A DNA stretch of 64,000 bases from an uncultured virus (IMG/VR IMGVR_UViG_3300042549_004140) (Duplodnaviria > Heunggongvirae > Uroviricota > Caudoviricetes): IMG/VR virus record IMGVR_UViG_3300042549_004140; one strand, 5' to 3'. Positions 36,235 to 50,200 of this stretch are shown here, piece by piece; position 1 is the first letter of the stretch; every line of letters begins with the position of its first letter. The position numbers were made by a program, and so were the translations under genes. The notes under the pieces were generated by a model. That model ran no database searches and was not told the origin of the DNA. It was given only the letters and a program-made list of their open reading frames with translations.

Positions 36235-36924
36235 CTAGCTGAGCCTGTCATATATGTTTTTTACACTAGTTGGATACCACTTACCACCATTAGATGTAGG
36301 TACGCTATCCTTATTTAAACCCGCGGCTATTTTACCAAAACTAGTACCAGACCTACGCTCCGCTAAAATCCTATCCTTTACCTCTTTAGGCGTTTTATCC
36401 TTGGGGCCAACATCCATCCCCCACACCAACCCGCTATCCCTAAGGCTTTGATGTCTACCTTTAGCTTTTTCACTCATTAACTTGATCTGCTCTTCAGTGA
36501 AGACATGCTTAGGCCTGCTCATAGTCCTATCCCTCTGAGCCGCCCTCTTTTCCGGAGTCCAGTAGGCCCTAATCTTTTCTATAGACTCACTAGTGTGAGA
36601 CCCGCCAACAAAACCATCTCCGCCATCAGTGACATTAAGTAGACTAGAATCTTTTACTCGATAGTCGCTAATATGAGAAGCCTCTAAGACGCAGGCTTCA
36701 TCCCAGGATAGGCCAGACTCTAGTATCACATACCCAATAGAGAATCCATCTGACTCATGTCTGTTTATCCATTTGTAGACCGGAAGATGTTTTACCTTAT
36801 TGCCGTTTCTAGCCGAGCTAAGGTGGGCAGCAAATCTTTTATCAGCATTCTCATATTTACTAATCCCAATGTAACGAATCCTATCAGGCTCTTTAGTTGA
36901 GAATAAACCATATACGCAGCTCAT
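36235..36924 (-). CDS. GIY-YIG-like endonuclease with a recombinase-type C-terminal DNA-binding domain
   Basis: VYGL...RYIGIS...RF..H...E...LLN.T.GGDG, a NUMOD-like HTSESIEKI segment, and a C-terminus homologous to the 55142 ORF. Confidence 0.75.
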   Translation of the reverse strand: MSCVYGLFSTKEPDRIRYIGISKYENADKRFAAHLSSARNGNKVKHLPVYKWINRHESDGFSIGYVILESGLSWDEACVLEASHISDYRVKDSSLLNVTDGGDGFVGGSHTSESIEKIRAYWTPEKRAAQRDRTMSRPKHVFTEEQIKLMSEKAKGRHQSLRDSGLVWGMDVGPKDKTPKEVKDRILAERRSGTSFGKIAAGLNKDSVPTSNGGKWYPTSVKNIYDRLS

Positions 36925-36961
36925 AACTCTAGTATATCTTAACTTTATATGACTGACTTAT

Positions 36962-37231
36962 TTAGCCTAATACAGCGAAGACATCTTCTTCTGCAAGGAC
37001 TAGGTATTCCTTAGATCCAAGGGTCAGGGTAGTGCCAGCGTACTTCGAGTAGATTACGGTGTCGCCTACAGCGATGTCCTCTACCTTACTGCCGATGGCA
37101 ACTACTTCACCCTGCTGCGGCTTCTCCTGCGCTACGTCTGGAATGATTAGTCCAGAGGCAGTTGTCTGCTCTGCATCTTTCTGCAGGATGGCAACTCGGT
37201 TGCCGATTGGCTTAATCTTGATCTGACTCAT
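36962..37231 (-). CDS. groES: Co-chaperonin GroES
   Basis: IKPIGNRV, TTASGLIIPD.AQEKPQQGEVVAIG, VGDTVIYSKYAGT. Confidence 0.95.
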   Translation of the reverse strand: MSQIKIKPIGNRVAILQKDAEQTTASGLIIPDVAQEKPQQGEVVAIGSKVEDIAVGDTVIYSKYAGTTLTLGSKEYLVLAEEDVFAVLG

Positions 37232-37556
37232 TGAGTTCTTCTTTCTTATCTTTTAACTTCTGCTTGTATTCAGCAGCAAGGTTCTGTACGGTTTGGTTCT
37301 TGTAGTGGACTGTCTTTACTCGGTCCAGCTTGAAGCTTCGCATCTGCTCAGCCCCCTTCTTTCCGCCCCACACATCTAACCACTCGGTTGTCGGAGTGAC
37401 AATGTATTGGACAAATCTATAACGCCCACGCTCCCCGCGTATCTTCAGCTCGGTTCCCTTGCTGACGTTCCTCCCGTTGATCTGCATCTCCAGGATGTAC
37501 TTCCAGCTGTCGTTAGGGCGAGGTCCTTCAGGACCCTTGCTCTTTTTCCTACCCAC
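37212..37556 (-). CDS. Hypothetical protein
   Basis: GTELKIRGERGRYRF; operon context. Confidence 0.7.
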   Translation of the reverse strand: MGRKKSKGPEGPRPNDSWKYILEMQINGRNVSKGTELKIRGERGRYRFVQYIVTPTTEWLDVWGGKKGAEQMRSFKLDRVKTVHYKNQTVQNLAAEYKQKLKDKKEELNESDQD

Positions 37557-38110
37557 TATACCTCATTCCCCCAAACGCTCCAACCTTCCATTGGACGTCT
37601 GGCAAACATCTCCAGCTTTGTAGCGTCTGGGTATAGACGCTCAATCCTGCGGTGGACCTCGTCCGGCTTCCGCGAATGCTCCATCTTAGCAGCAAGAATA
37701 GTATGAGGCACACCCTCATCTGAAATAGGCAGCGGTCTGCCTTTAGGAATGTTCGAAGCAACCAGCACGTACTCGGCTGTTGGCTTCACTACGCTTGGGC
37801 GAACACCCTGCGCCCCGATTGGAGTAACTCCATCCGCCCTGGTCTTAATCCAGGTGAACGCTACCCCACGATAAGTTAGCCCCCAATGCCGGAGAAGATC
37901 GATGGCAAAGTCCAAGCGAGGAGAGGTAACCCACATAAAAACCACTCCAGGCTTTTCCAAAATGCCCTTGATGTCCATTGCCATCAGATCTTCGTCCGAC
38001 ATAGTCGGATAGAACTTCGCAGCTGCACCCATCTTATCCTGGGCACCATAATAAGACCAGGGTGGATCCATAAGGATAACCTGGTACTTAGAGTCTGGAA
38101 GTTCGGTCAC
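37556..38110 (-). CDS. MT-A70-family adenine methyltransferase
   Basis: YQVILMDPPW, FMWVT, WG..Y....F.WIK, HSRKP, LEMFAR..GW.VWGNE. Confidence 0.92.
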   Translation of the reverse strand: MTELPDSKYQVILMDPPWSYYGAQDKMGAAAKFYPTMSDEDLMAMDIKGILEKPGVVFMWVTSPRLDFAIDLLRHWGLTYRGVAFTWIKTRADGVTPIGAQGVRPSVVKPTAEYVLVASNIPKGRPLPISDEGVPHTILAAKMEHSRKPDEVHRRIERLYPDATKLEMFARRPMEGWSVWGNEV

Positions 38111-38112
38111 GA

Positions 38113-38484
38113 CTACTTCTGGTGAATCATTAGGTCTAGGCCATTGTCTGGGTGGTATGACCACTCAGCCTCAAAGCCGTCCCAGTCACCAGTCTGCTTA
38201 CCGTCAAGAGCACGAGTAGTCTCGATACTGTTGATGATAAACTCAGGCATCTTGATACGCTGCGACTGAACTACGCAGACGATATCATCGATGTTGGCAC
38301 CAGTGTATTCGTCTTCACCCATCATGTCTAGGGACAGGGTCTTACCTTCGTCACCAATCCGAAAACCGTCAGACAGGTTGCACTCTTCAGAAACCTTCTG
38401 AAGTGTGGTAGGCCCTGCAGCGCATCCGGAAAGTGTTGCTGCCAATAGGCCAGCGATGCCAAAAATGGCAAGTGTCTTTTTCAT
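38113..38484 (-). CDS. Lipoprotein
   Basis: Lipobox LSGC after a hydrophobic signal. Confidence 0.8.
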   Translation of the reverse strand: MKKTLAIFGIAGLLAATLSGCAAGPTTLQKVSEECNLSDGFRIGDEGKTLSLDMMGEDEYTGANIDDIVCVVQSQRIKMPEFIINSIETTRALDGKQTGDWDGFEAEWSYHPDNGLDLMIHQK

Positions 38485-38621
38485 ACGTCTTCTATCATTG
38501 AGGGGACATGCTTATCATAGCACACAAAATAAAAACCTCATCCGAAGATGAGGCTTTATCCCCAGGCATCGAGCCGACCGTCCGGACGGCCATTACCTGT
38601 TCGACCGCCTAACGGTCTGGT

Positions 38622-38964
38622 TAGTGGAGATGGGGGCATCCGAGAGCCCCGTCCGCTAAATATTTAATCGTTCTTCTACAAGCTTAGGCAGTTTATATTT
38701 CCAGGACCGAACTGCCACATCCTGTGGTGCTGGGGTTTAACGTCCACAGCATCGACGTACTACAGGTTGTTCTACTTATTTAGAACCTGACTGCCCAGCT
38801 AGAACTACTGCTTTGTCAGGGGCCTTAGCGGAGTAGCGAGGCTACGCTGCTAGTGCGAATGCGGAACGTGAGTTTGCATTTAGGGGTTTGCCACACTTAA
38901 GAGTGCGTGGCCGTCTCTGCTTGCTTCACCGACTTCAGATTTAACGTCGAAACCTGTCATCCCC
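38622..38964 (-). ncRNA. ssrA: tmRNA; tag peptide ANSRSAFALAA
   Basis: 5' GGGGATGACAGGTTTCGAC pairs with 3' CATCTCC-A including G3-U70; tag ORF 38877-38842. Confidence 0.95.
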
Positions 38965-38985
38965 GTGAACACTATTCAGTTGTAA

Positions 38986-39381
38986 TTAAAGTGTAGCAGA
39001 TTTTTGCGCATCGCGCCAGCTGAGGATGTGTTCTTCTTTACATGTAAAGCAGCGGCAACCATTCTCAAACTTTTCTGCTGTACCACAAGCGAGAAGGGCA
39101 GCTTCGCCATTCTTGCTGTTCTGGAGAGCAGTCTTGTCTTCGTGACACGACTCACACAGAACTTGGCAGTCCTTAAGCTCTTTCTTACGAACCTCTTCGC
39201 TACGAGACCAGATGTCTCGAGGATTGAAGGTCTTGTTGTCTTGGTCCTTGTGATCAACTTCAAGGTTCCGAGTAGAGCCACACTTGACGCACTTACCGCC
39301 CTTGGACTCAATCCACTCGCGTTTGCGTTTAGTTACAAAGGCGAGCTGGTAGTCGCGTTTCTTTTTTCCTGTATAGCCCAT
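38986..39381 (-). CDS. HNH endonuclease
   Basis: CVKCG...LEVDH...CQVLCESCH..KT. Confidence 0.85.
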   Translation of the reverse strand: MGYTGKKKRDYQLAFVTKRKREWIESKGGKCVKCGSTRNLEVDHKDQDNKTFNPRDIWSRSEEVRKKELKDCQVLCESCHEDKTALQNSKNGEAALLACGTAEKFENGCRCFTCKEEHILSWRDAQKSATL

Positions 39382-39390
39382 GCTTCTATT

Positions 39391-40128
39391 TTACAGCAGA
39401 TTACGAATTAGGACTAGCGTCTCTTCCGGGCTAAACACATGCTGAAAGTCTACTCCAGTACCTATAACAGGGAAGTCGTTGCCGCCAGGCTCAAGCCGAT
39501 CTCCAACAAACAGAATACTGTCTGGGGATATGTGAGTACGCTTGCAGAGCTCATAGATTCCATAGCTTTTATCGATACCAAGCCTAGTAATGTCTATGCT
39601 AGTAGACCCACCTGACCGCACATCGAACTCAGGCAGCATTGAAGCTACGGTTCTCCTCAGCTGATCACGCCTAGATTTATCAGGATCCCAGGCTTCTTTC
39701 TCTTCCAACGGGGCATCTTGCCCTAGAGCGGAGAATGTTATCTGAGAGCCGCGATTGTCGATTACCTCGCCATATGGATTGTCCGGCCACACCCCAAGCA
39801 ATGCAGCAGACACGTGCAACACACTAATAATTCTCTCAGCCTGAGCTGGAGTAAAGTCTTCCGAGTATACAGTACGCCAACGACCAAAGTGGCGCTTGAG
39901 GTAACGAGCACCGCTTGTCGGCATTAGGTGTAGGTTTCGGAGGTTAGCACCGGCAGGAAGCTTACTAACTACCTGAGACATAATCTGCTGCTCGGTACCG
40001 CCGCTAATGATGCACACCTGCGTGATATCTAGAAGACTCTTAAGAGCCTTAGCCATCTCGCACGAAATAGGACCCTTGCTAGGTGCAAGGGTCCCATCGA
40101 GATCGAAAGCAATGAGCTTAAGACCCAT
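39391..40128 (-). CDS. HAD-IIB hydrolase, phosphomannomutase-like
   Basis: FDLDGTLA, ISGG, RGSQITFSALGQ, GGSTSID, FVGD...GGND. Confidence 0.88.
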   Translation of the reverse strand: MGLKLIAFDLDGTLAPSKGPISCEMAKALKSLLDITQVCIISGGTEQQIMSQVVSKLPAGANLRNLHLMPTSGARYLKRHFGRWRTVYSEDFTPAQAERIISVLHVSAALLGVWPDNPYGEVIDNRGSQITFSALGQDAPLEEKEAWDPDKSRRDQLRRTVASMLPEFDVRSGGSTSIDITRLGIDKSYGIYELCKRTHISPDSILFVGDRLEPGGNDFPVIGTGVDFQHVFSPEETLVLIRNLL

Positions 40129-40370
40129 TAGTCGCGAGTAACCAGTCGGCGCTTGATTGCGTCAAAAATCTTTGGACGCTTCTTAGCAGCCTTACCGTTC
40201 GTGCGTGAGTCGTTACGAGCTGGACCGGACTTCTGTCCGCCTCCGCCTTTACCTTTTGCCATTTGGGCTCCTGTCTTCAGAACTACATTCTAACACAAAG
40301 ATTAGCAAAAATTAGTTTGCAATTTATCATTACACCTATTATTATGTAAGTACCAGATAAAAGGAGCAAC

Positions 40371-40847
40371 ATGAACGAAGAGATCTTCGAATACTACGCG
40401 ATACAGATGGAGCCACTGCTTCCGCTAGCTAGAAAAGCCTACGGCTCTAGAACAACCAAGTCGCCGCAGCATGACGCTTCCCGCGAGTACACTCGACTCC
40501 TAGTCGAGTTCTACCGCAAGGGCGGGAGCCTAATACAGATGGCAAAGCGTCTGGACGTAACCTACCCTGGCATCCGCAGAAGAATTTTGACCGATGAAAT
40601 TCCAGCAGAGCCAAAAGGTAAGAACAGCAAGTCCTCACCGCATGAAGTGGTAGAAGCCGCAGTACGAGTTAAGTTGGCTCACCTAGAGGATGGGTCAGCC
40701 GCATACCACGACCAGATCCGCCATGAGTACGAGGTCAACAAGATATCCCTAGCGAAGCTTGCTAAGGAGCTCGGGCTTAGCTCAGCCAACCCACTCTACT
40801 ATGCAGTGACTCGATCAAGACTCAATAGTCGACAAGACGCCCTGTAA
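40371..40847 (+). CDS. Putative double-HTH DNA-binding protein
   Basis: SLIQMAKRLDVTYPGIRRR and SLAKLAKELGLS; AAGGAG RBS. Confidence 0.65.
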   Translation: MNEEIFEYYAIQMEPLLPLARKAYGSRTTKSPQHDASREYTRLLVEFYRKGGSLIQMAKRLDVTYPGIRRRILTDEIPAEPKGKNSKSSPHEVVEAAVRVKLAHLEDGSAAYHDQIRHEYEVNKISLAKLAKELGLSSANPLYYAVTRSRLNSRQDAL

Positions 40848-40888
40848 AAGAATACCCCCTCGAAAGAGGGGGTATCTTTTTACTCAGT

Positions 40889-41155
40889 TTAGAGTTCTGA
40901 TGCAGCCTTGTTCTTAGCAACCTCTGCTTCAGCAGACGATGCAAAAGCAACGTTGATTTCGTCTTCGTCAAGAACACCGTCTACAACGTAGGCACGTGCT
41001 AGAGACTCAGCAACTTCCATGACACCAACAAATGCGGCGACAAGGGCTGACTGCCAGAGTTCGACTCCGGCGATTGAACCAGCGGCTAGAACACCGCTAA
41101 CTTTTAGGATCACAAGAGCAATAGTTCTCTTGAAAATCTTCTTTGCAATTTCCAT
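40889..41155 (-). CDS. Small membrane protein (holin-like?)
   Basis: Two hydrophobic segments. Confidence 0.5.
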   Translation of the reverse strand: MEIAKKIFKRTIALVILKVSGVLAAGSIAGVELWQSALVAAFVGVMEVAESLARAYVVDGVLDEDEINVAFASSAEAEVAKNKAASEL

Positions 41156-41220
41156 TTGGATCTCCCAGGGGTAGGTTAATGAATAACCCTCTCCCAGGTC
41201 TAATCCAATTATACATCAGA

Positions 41221-41547
41221 TTATGTATGACGACGAGACGGTATGATTGGCGTGATACGAAGACCGCGACGAATCTTTGAGCGATCAATCTCAGTGGTTC
41301 CGCCCCAGATTCCTTCAAGTTCAGGACGCTTCATAGCGTAGGCACGACACGCGTGCATGTACTCACAGCCACCGCATATCTTCTTAGCTTCACGCTCGTA
41401 GGTGTATCGCCCGCGAGCCTTCTTCATCGAGCCCTCCGGAGCATCTTCCGAGAAAAATGCTTCAGGGTTAGACTCTGTGCAAGGAGGCGGACCATACAGC
41501 TCGAAGTCTGGGTAGTCTTCTTCTGGCTGGAATACAAAAATTGTCAT
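41221..41547 (-). CDS. whiB: WhiB-family regulator
   Basis: C...PEAFF...AKKICGGC....C......GIWGGTTE.DR. Confidence 0.9.
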   Translation of the reverse strand: MTIFVFQPEEDYPDFELYGPPPCTESNPEAFFSEDAPEGSMKKARGRYTYEREAKKICGGCEYMHACRAYAMKRPELEGIWGGTTEIDRSKIRRGLRITPIIPSRRHT

Positions 41548-41567
41548 GCGTCTCTGTCTCTTTCGTT

Positions 41568-41759
41568 CTACACGAAGGGCTTGTTAGTGCTGAATCCGCC
41601 ACCCTTAAAACTAATTGGTGGTGCAGTAAACACTCTCTGAAGTTTACCAGAGCAACCCTCGCTAACGCAAGTCAGCTGCTTCTGGTCCTCGGACATGCTG
41701 CGTTCTTCGCTGTATTTGTGCTCGCTATTTTCAGAGCATTTGTATTCATAGGTAGGCAT
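41568..41759 (-). CDS. FmdB-family Zn-ribbon protein
   Basis: MPTYEYKC...C...C...RVF.APPI.FKGGGF. Confidence 0.85.
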   Translation of the reverse strand: MPTYEYKCSENSEHKYSEERSMSEDQKQLTCVSEGCSGKLQRVFTAPPISFKGGGFSTNKPFV

Positions 41760-41858
41760 ATCACAATCATACCGCATAAAGGAAAACCCCTCCCGAGGGA
41801 GAGGTTCTCATTTACTTATTAGAGCAGCAAGAGCAGCTACCGCACTCACAACCAAACA

Positions 41859-44947
<3,089 letters not shown>

Positions 44948-45333
44948 TCCATCTTCCTTTTAACTTCGAGTACATCGTCAGGAGTTCCAAATATTTCTAT
45001 TCGATGCAGCAATGGAACTCCCGTTTTTGCTGAAACGATTTCTGCGGCTTTACAGTAATGCTCGCCAAAGTTTGTGTTACCCAACCCCACAACACCTTTG
45101 ATGTGGGATCTATTTTGTGGAACATTGAGAAACTTAACTACTTGCCTAGGAACAGAGTGGGGTTCACTCCCACCACCGTATGTCGGTACAAATAGTATGT
45201 AATCAATGTCCACTAAAGTTGGTGCCTCATCGTCCCATCTAATAGGAATTCTAGTCGATGGTAGGTCCAGTTTTTCAATAAACCGATGAGTGTTGCCAGA
45301 ATAGTTGGAGAAATATACAATCTCCATGATTAA

Positions 45334-45555
45334 CTATTCGGCCAGTGATGAAATCTTGTCTGGACGAAATCCACTCCAGTGGGTGTCACCTGAAATAACA
45401 ACAGGAGCAGCCGCATACCCTAGCTCACGAACCATGTCCATAGCCTCAGAGTCTTGACTTAGGTCAACTACTTCAAATGGCGTTCCGTTCTTTGTAAGCA
45501 TACGCTTGGTGCTATCGCATTGGACACAGGCTGGGAGAGTATAAACGGTTACCAT
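45334..45555 (-). CDS. nrdH: Glutaredoxin-like NrdH
   Basis: CVQC, APVV, HWSGFRPDKI. Confidence 0.95.
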   Translation of the reverse strand: MVTVYTLPACVQCDSTKRMLTKNGTPFEVVDLSQDSEAMDMVRELGYAAAPVVISGDTHWSGFRPDKISSLAE

Positions 45556-45622
45556 TAGAGATCTTTCTAGATGAGGGAGGGTGGGGTATTCCAGTATAAG
45601 TCAAAAATCAAAAATCGATTTT

Positions 45623-45853
45623 CTACTTGAATGATGATACCGCATCTACTATGTCTTTGCAAATCGGGCAGACTTTTAGCTTCTGAGGGTCGCGGTGAGG
45701 TATAAAAACTTTACCACACAAGGCAACTACAGGGGTTCCCATTACGTAGCCCTCGGTGACCTTTGCCGCCTCCGCATAATGAGCCATAGGATCATCATCT
45801 TTTTCATCAACATCTAGGTCAACATCTGGCTTCTCAAGCACGTCTACGGACAC
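45623..45853 (-). CDS. DUF3039-like protein
   Basis: HY......E..V.GTPVVALCGKVF.P.RDP....VCP.CK. Confidence 0.85.
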   Translation of the reverse strand: MSVDVLEKPDVDLDVDEKDDDPMAHYAEAAKVTEGYVMGTPVVALCGKVFIPHRDPQKLKVCPICKDIVDAVSSFK

Positions 45854-46797
45854 TAAATTTCCTTCAAACTTTCTAAAACTGCTTCCAGTTTAATTTTACC
45901 AAGATACGAGGCCACATCTTTATACCCATAGGATACCACAACATCATCACCGCATACCACCAAACCAGCCGCAAACTCAATGTCGGCATCAGAAAGCTTA
46001 AACTTATCAGAGAGGTGAGTCAGTGTTCCGTTGTCGCTGTACCGAGCGAATCTGTGAAAATAACTTCTTTTAGTTTTAGTCACCAGCCCAAACTTTCTAG
46101 GAGAATAGTTGGTCTCTTCCCAGGTCACAACCTCATGCACGATTGCCAAGTTATAGTCGCCCATGCTCCACAAAGCACTACCCCCACGAATCTTATTCAA
46201 TAAAGACTCGTCCTTGTCTCTTCTATATATCTTACCTACCTCAGACTTATACACGGATGCGCCACTATATACATAGTCGCAGTCGTCTGGTTTTTTATAG
46301 AACGGCATCCAGTTCTTCTCGATCGGCTGCAGATCACCCTCAGTGTGGAGTTTCAATAGCACAGCTTTAGTGCCGTCTAGCTTGTATTTAGCAATCCTAG
46401 GGATGTCGTCACTAATATACGGCTCACGCATTACAGAAAGAATATGCCAAGCGCCGTCTTGCCAATACAAGCGACCATCCTCCGGCCCACGCAAAAACCG
46501 ACCGCATTCGGAAAAATCAATCTCTTCTAGGGTGGAGCTGTCTATTTGCCAATTTTTGTCGAGGCTGGCCATAAACATCCTATTTTTAACCCTATTTCCA
46601 ATAGTGGCAACCGCATCCCCAGTCTGAGGGTCGAAAAAATAGTTACTGGACCTAAATAAAATCACATACCCATGTTCCGGCGAATAGGCCACGGACGGGT
46701 TAAAAGCAGACCAACGTTTGTCATTTTCGTCTACAAACCTAAGAACGCGCCAAGTTTCGCCTCCAAGGTCGGAAAATGAGGTGTTTTTGCTTGACAT
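45853..46797 (-). CDS. Beta-propeller glycosidase-like protein
   Basis: FNPSV, EDGRL, EKNWMP, RGGS, HE, IEFAAG, SYG..D; paralog of the 53243 ORF. Confidence 0.7.
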   Translation of the reverse strand: MSSKNTSFSDLGGETWRVLRFVDENDKRWSAFNPSVAYSPEHGYVILFRSSNYFFDPQTGDAVATIGNRVKNRMFMASLDKNWQIDSSTLEEIDFSECGRFLRGPEDGRLYWQDGAWHILSVMREPYISDDIPRIAKYKLDGTKAVLLKLHTEGDLQPIEKNWMPFYKKPDDCDYVYSGASVYKSEVGKIYRRDKDESLLNKIRGGSALWSMGDYNLAIVHEVVTWEETNYSPRKFGLVTKTKRSYFHRFARYSDNGTLTHLSDKFKLSDADIEFAAGLVVCGDDVVVSYGYKDVASYLGKIKLEAVLESLKEI

Positions 46798-46882
46798 AGA
46801 TACTTTTATTGTACCCGATAAAACTTACCATGCAATAATTAAGGTAAAATAAGAGAAGCGTTATCTCCCACTAAGGACGTCA

Positions 46883-47242
46883 ATGAGCTGCTCAATTTCT
46901 GGTGTTTACAACATATCCTGTGATCAAGGTGCCACTTTCTCGCGAGTCATCACTTGGACCGACTCAGCACGCTCGCCATACAACATTACCGGCTATACCG
47001 CTAGAATGCACGTTAGATCCAATGTTACCGCTAATACCACCGCTATCACGCTCACAACAGAAAACAGCCGAATCACACTAGGCGGCGCAGCTGGAACCGT
47101 GACCCTAACTATTGCCGCAACAGACACAGCGAACTTAACTGCAGGTCTTTATGTATACGACCTAGAACTCGTCTCTTCGGCTAACGTTGTAACCCGTCTT
47201 ATTGAAGGTAACTTTAACGTTAAGGCCGAGGTGACGCGCTAG
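46883..47242 (+). CDS. Tail-fibre-associated Ig/BppU-like protein
   Basis: DQGATF...GYTARM.VR...YVYDLEL...RLIEG.F.V..EVTR, directly upstream of the fibre gene. Confidence 0.65.
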   Translation: MSCSISGVYNISCDQGATFSRVITWTDSARSPYNITGYTARMHVRSNVTANTTAITLTTENSRITLGGAAGTVTLTIAATDTANLTAGLYVYDLELVSSANVVTRLIEGNFNVKAEVTR

Positions 47243-50200
47243 TGGCTGTAGAGTTTGAAGACACAAATAGAAAAGTAATAATCAACCAGCGTGACCAGAA
47301 CAAGGTCATAGTTCAAGATGTCATAAACAAGGTTGAAGTTGGCATAGGCGGCCCGCAAGGACAAGAAGGTGCTCAGGGGACTCAAGGAGTTCAAGGCACT
47401 AAGGGCAATCAAGGAGCCACAGGTACTCAAGGCGCAGTTGGAACACAGGGCATACTCGGTACAACTGGAGCACAAGGTGTAATAGGCTCTACCGGTGCTC
47501 AAGGCACAACAGGTATTCAAGGCTCACAAGGTGTGACCGGCTCCACAGGTGTACAGGGTGCAGCAGGGCAAACTGGATCGCAAGGCACCGTTGGAGCTCA
47601 GGGTGTGACCGGAACGCAGGGCACAACTGGCTCACAAGGTATTACAGGTGTTCAGGGTCAAATAGGTTCACAGGGCAACACTGGCGATACCGGTGCACAG
47701 GGTGTAACAGGTTCTACAGGTGTACAGGGTGTAACAGGTTCTACAGGTTTGCAAGGTGTTACGGGCGCACAGGGGACGACTGGCACAACAGGTTCTCAGG
47801 GAACTACAGGTTTTGTAGGCTCGCAAGGTATAACAGGCTCACAAGGCACAACGGGCGCAACAGGCTCACAGGGTGTGACCGGAACCACTGGCTCTACTGG
47901 TGTACAAGGTGTCACAGGCTCACAAGGAATTACAGGAGATGTAGGCGCTCAAGGAACCACAGGTTCAACTGGTGTTCAGGGTGCGGTTGGCACAACTGGA
48001 GCTCAGGGAGTAGTCGGCTCCCAGGGCACAACAGGAATCCAGGGTTTTAATGGTGCACAAGGCACAACAGGTATCCAAGGCAACACGGGCATCCAAGGAA
48101 CGCAAGGCACAACAGGTACACAAGGCACAACAGGTCCAACTGGCGATACAGGTCTGCCTGGTGAAACAGGCCCACAAGGTGCAACTGGACAAGGATTTGA
48201 TTTTCGAGGTCCATACACTCCAGGAGCAACTTACAACGAGTACTTTGTAGTAACTTACAATGGTTCTACCTACATCTGCCGCGATAATGGTGTTGTTAAT
48301 GTTGTACCAGGCTCTAGCCCGGCTTGGGATTTATTTACAGAAAAGGGTTCAACTGGTGCTCAAGGTACAACAGGCGCACAAGGAACACTAGGGGAGACCG
48401 GAGCGCAGGGGATTACAGGAGCTACCGGCAATACTGGTTCTCAGGGTACAACTGGCACCACGGGTTCCACTGGTATCCAAGGCACCACGGGTACGCAAGG
48501 CCTTACGGGAGACGTCGGTTCTCAGGGTGTGACAGGTTCAACTGGCGTCCAAGGAGCACTGGGCACCACTGGTGCGCAAGGTGCAGTAGGTTCAACTGGT
48601 ATTCAAGGTATAACAGGGACCACTGGTGCTCAAGGCACAATCGGTACAACTGGAGCTCAAGGAACTACAGGAGCACAAGGCACGACGGGGACCACCGGCG
48701 ACACGGGTATTCAGGGTGCAGTAGGTACAACGGGCTCAACGGGCGCACAAGGAACCACCGGTACGCAAGGAACAGTCGGAGCCACGGGAGCTCAAGGAAC
48801 AATAGGCTCTACTGGAATCCAGGGTATTACTGGAGGGACTGGCTCACAAGGTGTTCAGGGTATTCAGGGTCTTTCGATTCAAGGTCTTCAGGGTGTAGAC
48901 GGAACTCCAGGTGCCGGTGGATCTCAGGGATACTACGGCTCTTTCTTTGACACTACAGACCAACGAATAGTCACACCGTCCGTGGCTCAAGCAGTTACAA
49001 TAAACTCAGTTTATCCAAACGGTTACAGTGGAATTTCAGTTCTTGATGGTAGCGAAATAACTATTGCTAATCCAGGAACCTACACAATGACGGTTATTGC
49101 AAGGGTATCTAATGACGCAAACTCCGTTCAAGAAGCAACGTTCTGGCTAAAACTAAACAACAACGACTACCCGAACTCTGCAACTACAGTCACCTTGCAG
49201 CCTCGCAAATCTTCAAGTGAGCCATCTTTCCAGTTAATGACTCTTACTTTTACTGGAACTTCAACTAGTGCCAATGACTACGTTCAAATTTATTGGCATG
49301 GCACAAATACAAGTTTGTCCTTAGAGCATAGTGCTGCAGGGACATCACCGACTCACCCAGTAACTCCTTCAGTAATCGTTAGTATCACTCAGGTTATGTA
49401 CACCCAGCTCGGCCCTCAGGGTACGACCGGTACTCAAGGTTTGACAGGCGTTCAGGGCACCACAGGTGTGACCGGAACTCAAGGAACAACTGGAACTACA
49501 GGCTCACAAGGAACCATTGGAAGTCAGGGCACAATTGGTGCTACTGGTGCTCAGGGTACGACTGGCTCCACAGGTATCCAAGGTGCTGTAGGTTCAACGG
49601 GTTCTCAAGGAACTATTGGAAGCCAAGGAACTTCAGGTACAAATGGCGCGCAAGGAACAATCGGTGCAACGGGAAGCCAAGGCACAACCGGCTCTACTGG
49701 AGAGACAGGCACGCAGGGTACAACTGGAACGCAAGGTGTCACGGGTACACAAGGAACCACCGGCACAACGGGAGCACAGGGAACTACTGGAACTCAAGGA
49801 ACTACTGGTGTTCAAGGTCTGACTGGCTCATTCGGCGGTGCAACATTTGAGTACGAGTTTGACAATGGAACTACAGACCCAGCAACTCTTGACACAGGAA
49901 CATTCAGACTAAACAACGCCGACCCAACTCTGGCAAACGTTATGTACATCTCGTTCAATGACGACCTTGGCGTAAACATATACAACTTCCTACAAACAAT
50001 CGACGACTCTACATCTCAAATCAAGGGTACGTTTAAAGCTACAAAAAAGACTGACACTAACGAGTTTGCTTTCTTTAACATCACAGGAAGCCACGTTCAC
50101 GACGACGACCATTTCAATGTTCCAATTTCTTTTGTTAGCGGAAATACATTTACTCCAGCTGACACAGAGGTATTCTACCTAACATTCCAGCGAACCGGTG

